Positions 35,101 to 47,778 of a DNA stretch of 54,050 bases are shown in pieces. Position 1 is the first letter of the stretch. Each line of letters begins with the position of its first letter. The translations under genes were made by a program, and so were the position numbers. The notes beneath the pieces are model-generated. The model had not been told where the DNA came from and searched no databases. It saw only the letters and a list, made by a program, of their open reading frames with translations. This stretch comes from Chromera velia (lineage: Eukaryota): positions 1-54,050 of the forward strand of contig JAHBMJ010000219.1 in NCBI GenBank assembly GCA_018398765.1. Reading direction: 5' to 3'.

Positions 35101-38100
35101 GTTCAGTGTTTCCTGTTTTTCACTCAATGCTCTTTGACTTCCCCCCTGTGCACACACACTCCTTTGTTCTCCATTTGTTCCTCTTTCCTTTCCAGCTGAG
35201 GCAACAGCGGTGTCAATGGACTCTCTTAAGGAGGATGTTGTTGGCTGGAAGGTCAGGGGATGAGTCAACTGCAGTGCACTGGAATTACACAGAAAGGGGG
35301 TATCGGTTCGACCTATGTGAGGTAGTTGTTGTCGTTAGCAAATGGGGGCGCTCTGTAGGACGAGATGACCAAATGAACGGGAGAAAGGAGGGAGAGAAAG
35401 TGAGAAAGAGTGGATGAATGGAGAGCAGGACGGACGGACGCATGGATGGATGGAGGGATGCAGCGATGGAGAGATGGAGGGATTGGAGAATAACAGGAAG
35501 GCCAGAAGAAAAGAAGCAAACGAGAAGGTGGATTTTCTGTATTCTCCTTGGCCTTTTTGTATCCTGGCTTACTGGTCATTGATGCTTTCTGATCGGTTCT
35601 CACACGAGAATTTGTTCCTCCCTCCTTTTCTCTTTTCTTCTCTTCTGTCCGCCAGGACGAGATGCAGAAGGGGCAGGACGAAAAAGCTTCAGAGCTCGAG
35701 AAGCGGCTTGAAGAGAGTGGTCAGTTATTTTGATTAGAGTTCAATTTGTTGAGTGCCTTGCCTGACCCTGAAAGGCCCCCGGACTTTCTGTGTTGGACCA
35801 ATCGAATATCTTTTTCCGAGGCCATTTGTTGTTTCGCTTTTTTTTTTTTTTCAGAATGCGTGTCCATACCGCCGATTTGGATGATTGCAGAGCAAAAGAC
35901 CTCAGAGGAATTAGAGAAGGTTCGCGAGGAAGGAAAGGAGCAAAAAGACGAGACGGAAAAACTCATCAAAGATCTGGGTGAGTCACCGACAGACGATCTA
36001 TTATGTGCCGTGAATCTTGAGCTTCAGTTTGCTTCCCATGCGATTCTTTTTGGGTCGTCCCCGCACTATGTGTGCGTCGGAGTCCACACCTCGCGGTAAA
36101 TGAAGTTCTCGACGTCTGTGCATCTCCCGTCATTTCTGGGCGACAAGCTTTCGGTGAGAAACGTCAATCCATGTGTGTGTCTCTGTCTTTGTCTTGCTCC
36201 CAACCGCCCCACACCCTGGGTGTATGTGTGTGTGTCAGTTCGTGTCCATCTCCACATGTCTCCTTCTCCCTGAGTGTCAATGCAGACGGAGTTATGGCAG
36301 AGCAGCTGAAGGAGCTGAAAACCGAGCTGAAGAACGATTTTGACCTGCACAGGGTACGTGTGCGTGTCTGGGTAGGAAGGGAGGGCTGGTGCGAGTGTGA
36401 TTGTTTGTGCGCTTCTGTGCTTTCTGCGCCGTGGAAAGTATTTCCACCTCTGCAGCTTGATACCTCCAGCCAATGGATCACAAGAAAGAGTTGAAAGAAT
36501 TTCCTCACCAGCTCGACGTTTCCTCCCTCTCTAGAGTTTCTTCCCACTTTTTGCTTTGTCACGTGCACGGAATCGACAGCGAGTGTTTCTCTCTTTCCCC
36601 TATGCGCACCTCTGCAGGAGTACACTGACAATACCAGGAAGACGATGGAGTACGAGACAGGTCTGTGGAGATTGCGAAAGGAGAGTAGGAAGGGTTTGCA
36701 GGCTGTAAAGAAGACATGCGAATCACTTATTTTGTCCAGTCGCACAAACCCAATGGACGTGCTTCCTGAGCTTTGATATTCTTTTTTCGCTGCTTTTTGT
36801 GATCTTTCGGCCCTGTAGAATGGCGCATTTCAAATCAAAGAAAACATAGATAGATAAATAAATAAATAAGTATATGACTTTTGGTGCCTTTATGCCCCCT
36901 GGACACATGCAGACGAGAAAATCAAAGCAGCAACCGTCTCCCTGCAAGAGGAGATGGCACATAACAGTCAGTCTGTATGTCTAAGTAGGTGATGACGCAA
37001 TAGTTGCTTGCCCTTTTGGAAACTGTCATTGAACCTTGACACTCTCCCCGCAAAGCGATAAGCACAAAAAGCGAGCCCACAGCTAGCTTTTCTTTCCTGT
37101 GACATCTCATGCAGCGTTCTCCTTTGCTTGTCTAGTCTTCCGAAGAATAAAAGAGAGTTTGCCTCTTCTGCACTTTCGGTCACTCACTATCTAAATATCC
37201 TCCGTATTCAAAATTCACCTTCGATCTGCAGAGGAAGAAAACGAGACGCAGCTGGGAACGTTGCGAGAGGACATGAACACTCTAAAGGTCGGAAGATGAA
37301 AAGGAATGTGCCGGGAATCATCGAAGGTCCTCGTCGCTTTTTGAACCTTTTTTGTCGTCCTCTTCTTTCTTTTCCCCCACTGTAGGCAGTCAAGACACAG
37401 CTTCAATCATGCGAGGCACAAACACTACCGATGCGGTATACACTTCTGCTCAGAAAATGAGGCCACAGCGACTGCCATCCAATTTCTCGTCGGTTTTCAG
37501 ATCTTCTGTGTGTACGCTTTTGTGCACGGGCGTGCAACGTGGACTCGGTACACGCATGTGTTTGTTGCAGGAAGAGGTGGCAGCAGGGAGCGAAGAACAA
37601 GGAAAGACCCTACAGGCAAAAATCAGTCAACAAGGTGAGTCTCGCTCCACTGGGCTGCCAGGATCTTTCTTTGAACGTCCTCTCTTCCTTTCCTTTACGG
37701 TGTGAGCATAAGGACGCAGGCGCAAGTGGCTTTCGGAATGTCTTTGCATGACTTTATTCTGTTTCTCCAATTGGTTTTTTCATCTTGCTCTAGTCGAGTC
37801 TCCTTTTCTCTCTCACGTCGTGACAAAAGCAAACAGATTAGCGAACCTCGTCTGACATTATGCCTGTTCTCGTGCTGCCCCCCCCTCCCACTGCCCTGAT
37901 CCTTTCAGAGGAAGACGCCGCACAGAGCTTCAAGCAAATGCAGGACGCCTTCGAGCAGTGGAAGGTGAGTGAAGAGAGCCAGTTGGAGAGAAGGAGAGCG
38001 GTTGAGAAGAAAGAAAACGCCGCGGAGTGCTAAGAAATAACGTTCTTCTGGTTCTCCCGTTTCTTGCTCTTTGGCTGAAAAAGTCATAAGTAAACATGTG

Positions 38101-39096
38101 CTGTGGCAAGCAAACTGTTCTTTTGTCAAATCTACAATCTGATGAAAGCCAGCCGGGTCCGTGTTCAATCCAACCCCTTCATTGACCTCTGCAGGAAAGC
38201 ATCGCGGAGGCCCAAAAAGAGTCCGAGCAGAAGACAGACGAAACGATTGCGCAAGAAGGTGAGGAGCCTTGCTCTCTTTTGCCTCCACGGATCCCGCACG
38301 TCCCATCCACTCAGTTAGACAGCCGCCTTCCTCTGAGCATCTTCTCAGGAAAGTCTTTTTTCTCTTCTGTGAAAAAGAGCATTTCGATCTGGCAGAGAGC
38401 CCGTCTCCGTGTTTTGCTGCTTTTTTCTCTTGCCCGCCTGCTGTCTACTCTTGATTTTTACCACTGCGTCTGCAGCGGAGAAAATCGCAGAGCTCGCAGA
38501 CAAAGCAGGAAAGCTGACGGGAGAGCTGGAGTTCCTCAAGGCAAGTCGGAGTCTGAATTCCAATATTTTTGTACGTTTCTGTTTGCAGCTTTGAATGGTC
38601 GATGCGTTGGTTGCTTAGTCTAGGGGTTTTGGGCTCACCACGTTGAGCTGAATAAGTGTATATCAGTGTTTGAGTGAGAGAGGAACCTGACGAGACGCAC
38701 CCTTGTGTTTGGATTTGATTAACCTCCTTGTGCTTTGCGGTTGTGTGTGCGAGTAATAGCGTTCCTTCAATGAGAATGCAGTTAGAAAGACAACATTTCT
38801 GCCTGCGTGCCCTTCTGCATGCAGTCTCAACTGGAACAGAACAAGGGAGAGGCCGGGGAGGTAAATGAGGCGAATGCAAGCAGACTGGCGGCAGTGGAGG
38901 AGAAGCTGAAGGCAGTCGATGTGAGTGACTCCTTTTCTCGTAGTGCGTGGGCGTACTGGAGGATCTCGATCGACCTTCAGTTTGGTGTCACAACTTTGAA
39001 TCAATGGGAAGGGAAATCATTCGTTTTGCACTTACGAAAAAAGAATTGATTGTCCAATCGTCGGTCTATCCATTTGTCAGTTCGTCATCCCGTCGT

Positions 39097-39139
<43 letters not shown>

Positions 39140-39275
39140 GCTTACCTGTGCCTGATGCTTCTGTTTTGTCCTTTCCTAATTCTCTTCTCTGGATGTGCAG
39201 GAGATGTTTGTCTCCACCGTTGAGAAGTTTGAGGCACTGGCGCAACAGAAAGTGGACGACAAAGGTGTGTACTAC

Positions 39276-39339
<64 letters not shown>

Positions 39340-40910
39340 GCTGGAATGAATTTCTACCGGTCTCTGCCATCTCTTTTAAAATCACGCTTGTTTTTGTCAC
39401 GAGACCCGCAAGAATCCTCACGGGAGAAAACTGAAGCTCCCAGACATACCATGAGTACCTGCCCGATTTTTCATTCAATGCCTCTCTTCGTGCAGGAGAG
39501 GAGCAGGATGCGAAGGTTGCACAACTTCGAGAGGACGTGGATGCTCTCAGGGTGGGTGGGTGGAGTTTTGCGGATCTTTCCTTCTTTCATCCCTCATCCT
39601 CTTCCCTTTGCCGTTCAGTTTTTTCTTTTGCCGTTTTTGTGCACGCAGAGAGACGAGTGGAAGATAAAGACCATTTCGCTTTAAAGAAGTGTAGATGCTT
39701 GCGTTTCGGTGTTCCGTTCTCGACCTTTCTTCCATTTGTTTTCATCAAAGACTCCCACCTCATTCCACCGCGGCCTTGCTGTCTCAAAAGATGTCCTTAT
39801 CTTTTTGTTTCCCTGACACGTCTGTTTGCTTGTCTTCATTCATCCAGGCGGAAGTGGACGAGAAGCAGAAGGGCCAAGAGGGGGCACTGCAGTCGAAGAT
39901 ACAGGACCAGGAGACACAGCACGCAGAGATGATCGCGGAGTTGAGATCGGATTTGAACAGAGTGGAGGTCCGTTGAAACAATCTGCACGGACCCCTTCTT
40001 TTCTGTAGCCACAGGATCCCTTGTATCTGTTCTGTAGCCACAGGAGATTTACTGACACACTGAGTTCCGTATTCTACATAGATGAATTCGACTGTCACAC
40101 TTGATGTTTACGACAGAGCTCGATTTTGGCTTATTCATCATTCGTCTCTTTTCAGAGGACGCCTGCGTGTGGCGGTTCTATCGACGGACGGTTCACCCAG
40201 AGAAACCATTCCTCATGAAAATTTTCACAGACCTCAATCCAATGCTACGACCGTTTCACGTCTGTGTTGCAGGAACAATACAAGACGGCCACGGGAGAGC
40301 TGAGCAAAACTGCCGAAGAGAGCAGAAAGGCAGAGGCCGGCCTCCTCGAACAGTTGAAGGAACTCAGAGAGAGGTTGAGTCAACAGGAGGTGGGTGAGGC
40401 CGGGGTGTTGGGGTGGGGGGGGATATTCGGTGGGGGAGGAGCGGGTTGGTTTGCGTGACTGACTGAGTCACAAGGGGAGGAAACTGGTTGAGCTGAAGAG
40501 AGGGTGTGTGGGCAAGGAAACGAATGCATGAGGCTTTGCACACTATGGACGGACCACCGGATCTTCTTTTTCATTGTCGCTGCATGCATGACTCGTCGAT
40601 TGGTGTCCCTGTCTGCAAAGGGCCTTTGCTTCATTGGTTGCAGGCAAATGTGAAGGCAGCGAGTGCCACAAGTGACGACGCACTGAAGGAGACAAGTCAG
40701 CAAATACATCATCGTACGTGACATTCCAATTGAGCATCGCTGTACTTCTTTTGTGTAGTCCTGCTTTCCGACCTCTCTCCTTTCTGTTGGTCTGTCAACC
40801 CGGCTGCCTGTTCGTCTGTTGGAAACGAAAAGGCATAATACGATGAATTTGGCTTTCCAACTTATCATAGTGGCCCCCTACTTTCCTGCTATCACACCCC
40901 TAAGTAAGTG

Positions 40911-40952
<42 letters not shown>

Positions 40953-40961
40953 TGTATGTGT

Positions 40962-40998
<37 letters not shown>

Positions 40999-43900
40999 TA
41001 CACATGTGTTCATCTACCGGCTTCCAGAAACATTCTCGATTCGCACTCTACACATTAATTCTTCCGTGTCTCCTCTGACCCTCATTTCAGTCGACCGCCA
41101 AAACGGAGAGAACGCAACTCTGAGAAGAGAATTGGAAGACTTGAAGGTCAGTCAAGTCAGGTAAAGTCAGGTAAGCAAAACACCTTTTATAGGCCTGCAA
41201 AATTATCTCAGCTCAATCTTACACTGGCTCCATGCCGATTTCCATACCAACCACCAAACTGAATCCACCAGCCATGAACAATCGATTGCCGCCATTTTTT
41301 GGCCTCCCCTGTTTTCCTTTCCGGTAAATATATGCCCATCGTGTTTGCTTGGTTCCACTTTTGTCCAACAGCGAATCATCATGTGTCCCGCAAAGAAGTC
41401 ATCTAGCTGCATGTACGAATGGTCGTAAGCCCGCATTGAAAGTCTTGCAAAAAACAGATCACACATGCAAACAGAGAATGACAATGAAGTATTTCCAAAA
41501 AATAGAAATTGTCTTTTCTGTGCACTTGTTGTGCTTCCTGCAGGGACAACTGCGCGATCTGGTCAGTGGGACTTGGTGCATCGTCTTTCTGTGTCTTTGC
41601 CAGATCGAGTGTATCGATCATGGATGCTTCCGACTTCTGCGCTTCCTTTTTACGAAGAAATCTGTATTTTTCTACGAAAACCAGCTTTGTTTGGTTGCTT
41701 CTCAATGTTTTTCACAACTTTCCGTTTTGTCCTTTCCACGGTCCCTGACTTCAGTTCATTCCCTTCTTGCTCACCTCCATCTCCTTCAGGCAAAAGCGAA
41801 TGAAAATGCAGAGACCAGATACGTCCCCAAGGAGGCCCTCGGAGCTTTTGAGGTCAGAGGTTGTTTTGGTGCATCTCTGTCTGTCTTGTCATCAAGACAA
41901 AAACAAGGTGCTGTCATCAGTAGGAGAGGGCATCAAAGGAATTTCTTCTTCCTCCCAACGCCCTCCAGTAGCGCTCTCGGATCTGAGGCAACTCTTTTAT
42001 TCGGCATGTGGACTGTATTCACATCGGAGACCGGTTGCATGATTGAGGGACTGCTTTTCTGCATTCCATATTTCCCCCTCCCCATCCGACTGCATGCCTC
42101 TGCAGACCCGTCTCGGAGATCAGGAGGCACAAAACATCGATCAAACACAGCAGGTGGGTGGGTGAGTGCATGGGGCCTCTGACTCCTCCGCAGAGTTTTT
42201 TGCCATCCCTGCCCCCTTTTGGACTTTCAAGTTTTTATAATCTCTGCGCCTTCTCTCTCGACTCACTCCTAGTTTTGTTTTCGATAGCCCAGCTTTTCCG
42301 AAATGTCTGTCGAATCCTCAGGTGCTTCTCCCTCCGGACTCCCTCGATTTTTTTTTTCTTCTTCTGCCCGCAGATTGAGGGCGTTAGGAAAGATCTCGAG
42401 CAGGAAAAGAAGAAGACGCAAGAAGAACTGGCGAGCTTCGAAACAAAGGTGATTTGTTTGCTCGCTTACTGTCGCTTGTTTTATTTGCATTCACGAAACA
42501 CCAACGAGACCATGAACGCCGTTGCTCGAGATGCATCGACGCAGGGATGCATGTATTTCTTCAGTGAGGCACCTGTGCTGCCTCTCTTTGTCTTCTTTTG
42601 GACATTTCGCGCGTTTGCACGATTGCATCTGTGAGTGAGTAATTGAGTGCGTGAGTGAGGGACGGAGTGTGCATGGAGAGTGTGTATGGAGATGGTGCGT
42701 AGGTGAGTGTACGCGTGTACGCGTGTACGTGTGTGTGAGTGCGTGCTCGTCTGTATGCGTGTGGATGGTCCTTCCCCCCCCGTCGACCTTTTTGTCTAAT
42801 GCCTCTGACTCCCTTCTTCTCACCCTCTCCCCTCTGTATGTTTGCATGCGTGCAGATCCAGATGCAGAGAGATATCATCGAGAAGGCGATCAACGCCATT
42901 CAACAGAGAATGAACGAGAAGAAGAGCGTGAGTCCATGAATGCGCGAAAGAAAAAGCAGACGGAAGAAGAAAAACAAGAGGGGCGGGAGGAAAATAGCCA
43001 TGAAACAGCATAAAGTGAGAACTCTCAATGAAATACTGCCTCCTCATGCCAGCGTTCTTTCTCTCTTCATAGACCCGCCCAAACACGCTTCTATGTGCGT
43101 CAGTCTTTTAATCGTTTTGCCATGTCCCGCCACTCCTCCGATGCCCGTGTTCCTCCTGCGTGGTCTTCACTCTGGACACGCACACAAACCAATTTGTTTT
43201 CTGATTCATTCTGTCTTTCATGTTGATTGCCTTCCGCTTTCTTGCAGAAAGGAGGTGATTCCGGTGGGAGCAGCAGCAGTGCCTCGTTGGGCGATGTGAA
43301 GGAACGCCTTGATGACCTTTTGTTGATGTCTGAGTGGAGGGGACTGGCCGAAAGAGGGTCAGTCAGCGTCGTTCCTTCCTTTTTCAGGTGAAATGCAAGG
43401 CGGTTTGTGCCGGCAGTCCTTTCGCTCCAAGCACATGCGAATCTTCTGTTTACAAAACCGTACACGGAAGGAAAGAATATGAATGGTCTTTTTCAATCAT
43501 TATTTTGTCTTGAGGATTCATGTGAGGGGGCAGGAAGCCGCGAAGAGAAGGGGGTTAGCGAGAAAAAAGAATGGATGGGATTTGCTTTACGTCTTTGGTG
43601 AATGTGGTCTGCCCGTGTGCCGCCTTTTTGCGGATTCTGTGTCCTTTCCTTTTCTTTGGTGTGTGTGGAGTTCGCCATACAGAAGCGGGAAAATTCTTCT
43701 CTTCACCTTTGCCATACTGGTCCAGACTCTGACTTTGAAAGGAGTCATATGAGCACAAGACAACAAACATTTGAGAAGAGCAAAATACCTCCCTCTCATT
43801 TGCATGCAGTTTCGACTTTGAAGACAGGGACAATAGTGGTGAGATTTCAAAGGGGGAGCTGTCGAAGACGATGGAGAAACTCCAGGCGGTGGGTCGGTCG

Positions 43901-44694
43901 GTCGGTTGATTAGATGGATGATCTCTAGTAAGACGGGGAGGAAACATTAGTGAGTTTGACCATCTTGTTGTTGTGATACAAGCTTTTGAGGGACCGAATT
44001 TGAATTGCCGAGACAAGTACAAAAGGGCGGATCTTTCAGAGAAAAAAATAAGAAACCTTTCAGGTAGATCGAGGAGATGATGCGGCATGCAGTAGAGCAA
44101 AAGTGGAGACCGGACGAATGAAAGTGCATAGTTCGTCGGAAGGGATGTGCACGCATAATGCCGGCCGGTCTCCATGTTTCTCTGCTCGTTTCAAAAGTCT
44201 CACCTTAAGCTTTTCTTAAGTGATGAGAATACGTTTTCTTGATGGTTTCTCCCGTTGTTTCTTTGGATTTTTTCTTTTCTGTGCAGGGAATTATCGCAGA
44301 CCTGTTCCCTGGAGAGGACGCAAGATCGGTGGATACAAAATGTGAGTGGCTGAGCAGAGGATCGATGTGTATAGTATAGGGAAAGTGGCCAGGCTCTACG
44401 CATGCATTCCTTGTTTTACTTTTCGAAAGAGAAGAAGTTTCTCCCCCTTTATTTGCCGGTGATTCCTGCTCGTTCATTTCTTCTTTATTTGCTTCTGCAG
44501 CTGTGCAAGAGGTGATCGCCTCGTTCAGCAAAGACGGAGATGCCTCTCTCAGCAAGGGCGAGTTCGTTCTCTTCGCTACTGAGTACATCCGTAAAACAGT
44601 GATGAAGATCGCAACGCGTCTGGCAGGTGCAGGAAAGGATTTGCAGCCAGCGGTCGATGGACTCATTGCGGCAAAAAAGAAACTTCAGGGATGA
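21907..44694 (+). CDS. Giant coiled-coil protein of about 59 exons, with a 40-residue repeat core and a C-terminal EF-hand pair; probable cytoskeletal or fibre protein
   Basis: Exon 1 is 21907-22241 (MFIPTDGKPGSPK...), followed by a chain of short AG|exon|GT units that were phase-compatible wherever checked and encode E/K/Q/A-rich helices. The last exons give FDFEDRDNSGEISKGEL (from about 43810) and FSKDGDASLSKGEF (44501-44694, TGA), both 12-residue EF-hand-type loops. The exon count is a hand tally. Confidence 0.85.
29020..29155. repeat. Compound intronic microsatellite (GA)n-(GACA)n-(GGCA)n
   Basis: Directly visible. Other intronic tracts at about 32625-32740, 39100-39133, 39279-39338, 40914-40997, 50782-50860 and 52644-52755. 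Confidence 0.9.
30169..35719 (+). repeat. Array of 16 consecutive exons strictly alternating 56 nt and 64 nt (120 nt = 40 aa per unit)
   Basis: 56-nt exons start at 30169, 30869, 31534, 32143, 32983, 33737, 34487 and 35196. 64-nt exons start at 30475, 31262, 31776, 32438, 33375, 34126, 34812 and 35656. Each is bounded by AG/GT, with intron phases alternating 0 and 1. Confidence 0.9.
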
Positions 44695-45467
44695 TGATCG
44701 CACAGTAGATCTTTTTCATGGATATGCAACCATACAGATTGTTTTATCTCGACTGTCAATGTCTATCATGAAATATCTTATACTAGTACTAGTAGATCAG
44801 TGATTTATAATAATTTATAAACTATATGATGTACGTACCTTATAGTTAGAGTTAGATTAGTTAGGGGATGCCTAACCCCAGTTGGAGCGCTAAGCTCCCG
44901 GGCGGAAATAATAGACAAATGTAACGAATAGGGTATTTAAGTTTAATTACATTAGAAATTAGAATTGGCAATCAGAGTTTGAACTAATTAAAGCTAAGCT
45001 TATGTAAAAGTTAGATTAGTGTAAACTATACAATGTAAAAAGCCGCAGCTGCATGTATTATAATCGATCTCTAACTAGTGACTGAGTAGACTATAATCTT
45101 TTATGATAAGTTTTATCTAGTGCATCTGCATGGCAGTAGCTAAACTCGATCTAGACTAAACTATAAATGTGCTGAATCACTGCTGATTGCGTTTCAATTT
45201 AGGCTTTCATTTTTTAAAGCTATTCCATATATTTTAAACAGTTATATCACTGTTATTAATGTTTGGAAGTCTAGTTGGACCATATCTTTGGTTGAGAGTC
45301 AATCACTTCTGTTGTCGCCGAACTTGTCGGGAAGGATAGACTGATGCGTTTTTGCGTTTCTAGGTTTCTGCATATGTTTTCTCCTATGGGGAGGACTGGC
45401 TGATCCTAGTGCCCTAACTGACCCATGTCTAACGCTGGAAGTTCAGAATTTAAATTGACGGACGGCA

Positions 45468-45927
45468 ATCGCATGCTGGGGGCAAGTGGGGTGCTTTTTG
45501 CCCCTCTAAAGCGGCGTATTTCCGTAAAAAACTCGTTCTCATAATTGGTAAGGAGGTAGAAGCTAAAACTTTGTGTAAGAAGATGTTGTAATGATAGAAA
45601 AAGAACTATGGAACAGATTTTTTATATCATTTCTAGAAACATAGGCTGCCATACAAATTTTGTCAGTTTTAAGCCATTTTTTAACGGTTTTCAACAATAA
45701 GAAAAACGGTATAAAACTCACAAAATTTGTATAGTAGCCTATGTTTCTAGAAATGATATAAAAAATCTGTTCTATAGTTCTTTTTCTATCATTGCAACGT
45801 CTTCTTACACAAAGTTTCAGCTTCTAACTCCTTACCAATTATGAGAACGAGTTTTTTGCGGAAAAGCGCCAGTCTTCTATGCAGAAGGGGGGGGCAAAAA
45901 ACACCCCACTCGCCCCCGGCATGCGAT
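45468..45927. mobile_element. Foldback/MITE-like element: about 215-bp inverted arms with a short spacer
   Basis: The left end ATCGCATGCTGGGGGCAAGTGGGGTG pairs with the right end CACCCCACTCGCCCCCGGCATGCGAT. Long near-perfect blocks follow, e.g. AAAAAACTCGTTCTCATAATTGGTAAGGAG / CTCCTTACCAATTATGAGAACGAGTTTTTT and GAACAGATTTTTTATATCATTTCTAGAAACATAGGCT / AGCCTATGTTTCTAGAAATGATATAAAAAATCTGTTC. No ORF. Confidence 0.7.
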
Positions 45928-47778
45928 GACATATCACATCATATGATGATGATAATAATGAATCAATGATTTTCCGGTCACAGAGTTAATCAATCAATCT
46001 ATAATAGCTAGTATAATAGTAAGTACGAATGCATTTAATATCATTAAAAAAATAATAATAGTATATATAATATATAGTTGCATATATGTACAGATTATCG
46101 ATCGATGATCGGTGTATAAAGTTAATTTCCTGTGCGTGTCATGTAGTGGTCGATTCATCACTCCACCTGCATAAATGAGCGATTTTCGTGTGGCAGTGAA
46201 GAGTTTTGGGGGAGACGTTCAAAGGTTGTGCAGCCAGCGGCTTGCACCTTGTCTCTTCAAACCGAATCCATTCGCTGGCACAGGATGTTTCCACCCACAC
46301 AGAGCCATCTAGCTGCACCACCGCAAAGCTCGCGCTCTTCCAAGAAATAGGGGATCTGGAATAAATAATGGCAGGAGAAATTGAAGGGGGAAGAGCAGGG
46401 TGAGCAACTGCATGTAAGTTGCTCAGCGACTTTTCCCATCGAAAAGTCCGACCACTGCATGATTTCATTCGATCTCCACTTGTCTCTTCTGAATCCTCGC
46501 AAGCCATGCAGGCCTCTGACGTGCGTTTTTTGATCGAGTGCACCAGCCTGATGCAACGCTCGACACCCCCCCCCTGCTAAACTCAGGACTTTCTCTCAGC
46601 TGCTCGAGCGGTCCTCGTGTTTGCGAAATTTGAGGCTTGTGGTGCGAATTTCTTGAATTCCCTCGTGCGCAAGCTGACGCGTTCTGAGTATACAAAAGAA
46701 CAGGCACATTTGGAAAGTCACCACATAAATGTCTGTCAACTGCACTGGAAACACACATGCACTTTTCCCTGTGCGCATCCGAAAAAGAGGAGAAGGATTG
46801 TGAGAGAGACGGGGGAAAGAGCTAGATAGAGAGAGAAGTACATTTCGGACAGTTTACTCATTTAATTACCGTGAAGGCAATTTGATCCTTCGCCAGGAAC
46901 CATTGTCTTGTCACTCAAAAAAAAATAAATAAGATCTCCTTGAACTCCATTGCTTTTCACGAAATCGATATCTTTTCTCCCCCGCCCTCCCCGCCCCGTT
47001 CCCTCACCCTGAAGTGTTCCTTCCTATCCTTCTGAGGAGACAAGCACGCAGAGCAGAGCAGTGTTCCATCATTCACACCCTCGCCTTCCTTGCCTCCTCG
47101 AAGTGTCCAGCCTGTTTTTCTCTCCCCTTGTTTCGTTTCACCTAGCCATGCCCAGTGCGGGAGGCAAACGGAAAAAACGAGCGAGAGAGGCGGTGAGAGA
47201 GAAAGACCGAATGGATATGCAGACTGATGCCTCAATCTTCTGAAAGCAAACGTCAAATGCTCCCAGTCGGCAAGCAGGAGAGGCACCAGCCAGAAAGAAA
47301 ACGCAACAGTCTTTAGACGACACGCAGACAAGAAACGAACACCACATTTGCAAGCACACGCACACACAAAGAGGAGAAAAAGAGAAACAAGCCCCGCTCA
47401 AGTAACGATCCGATTCGGCGGACAGACAGCCTTTGATCTATCGAGCGCTCGTTCTCTCCCTTTTGAAGACCCCCCCCCCCCCTTCTTTCGTACCCACGAA
47501 TTGCTGAATTCCCTAACTGCTCCCCCCTCTCCCCATAGATGGAAGAAAAGGCAAGATGAAGACTCACTACATGCATGCGAGCACACACGCGCGTTTCACG
47601 TATCGTATAAAATACACGCACTCGCACAGGCATGGAATGATACAACACCCTTTTCCAAGACCCAAAAAATGAGTGGAGGAATGCATAGTTGCAACACACA
47701 TGCACATCCGACACGCACTGAACCAGGTCGCTGCTCAGACAGATAAAGCAAGCGAGCACTACCCGGCACTCAGCACGG

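Noticed and set aside
30169..35719. Regularly spaced short similar units with unique spacers, superficially CRISPR-like
   Set aside because: The units are spliceosomal exons with AG/GT ends and synonymous divergence, and the spacers are introns of roughly 190-480 nt. No cas genes are present.
46139..47760. Short minus-strand ORFs and splice-like sites downstream of the MGNRC gene
   Set aside because: I could not assemble a convincing phase-consistent coding model. It may be UTR or a non-coding transcript.
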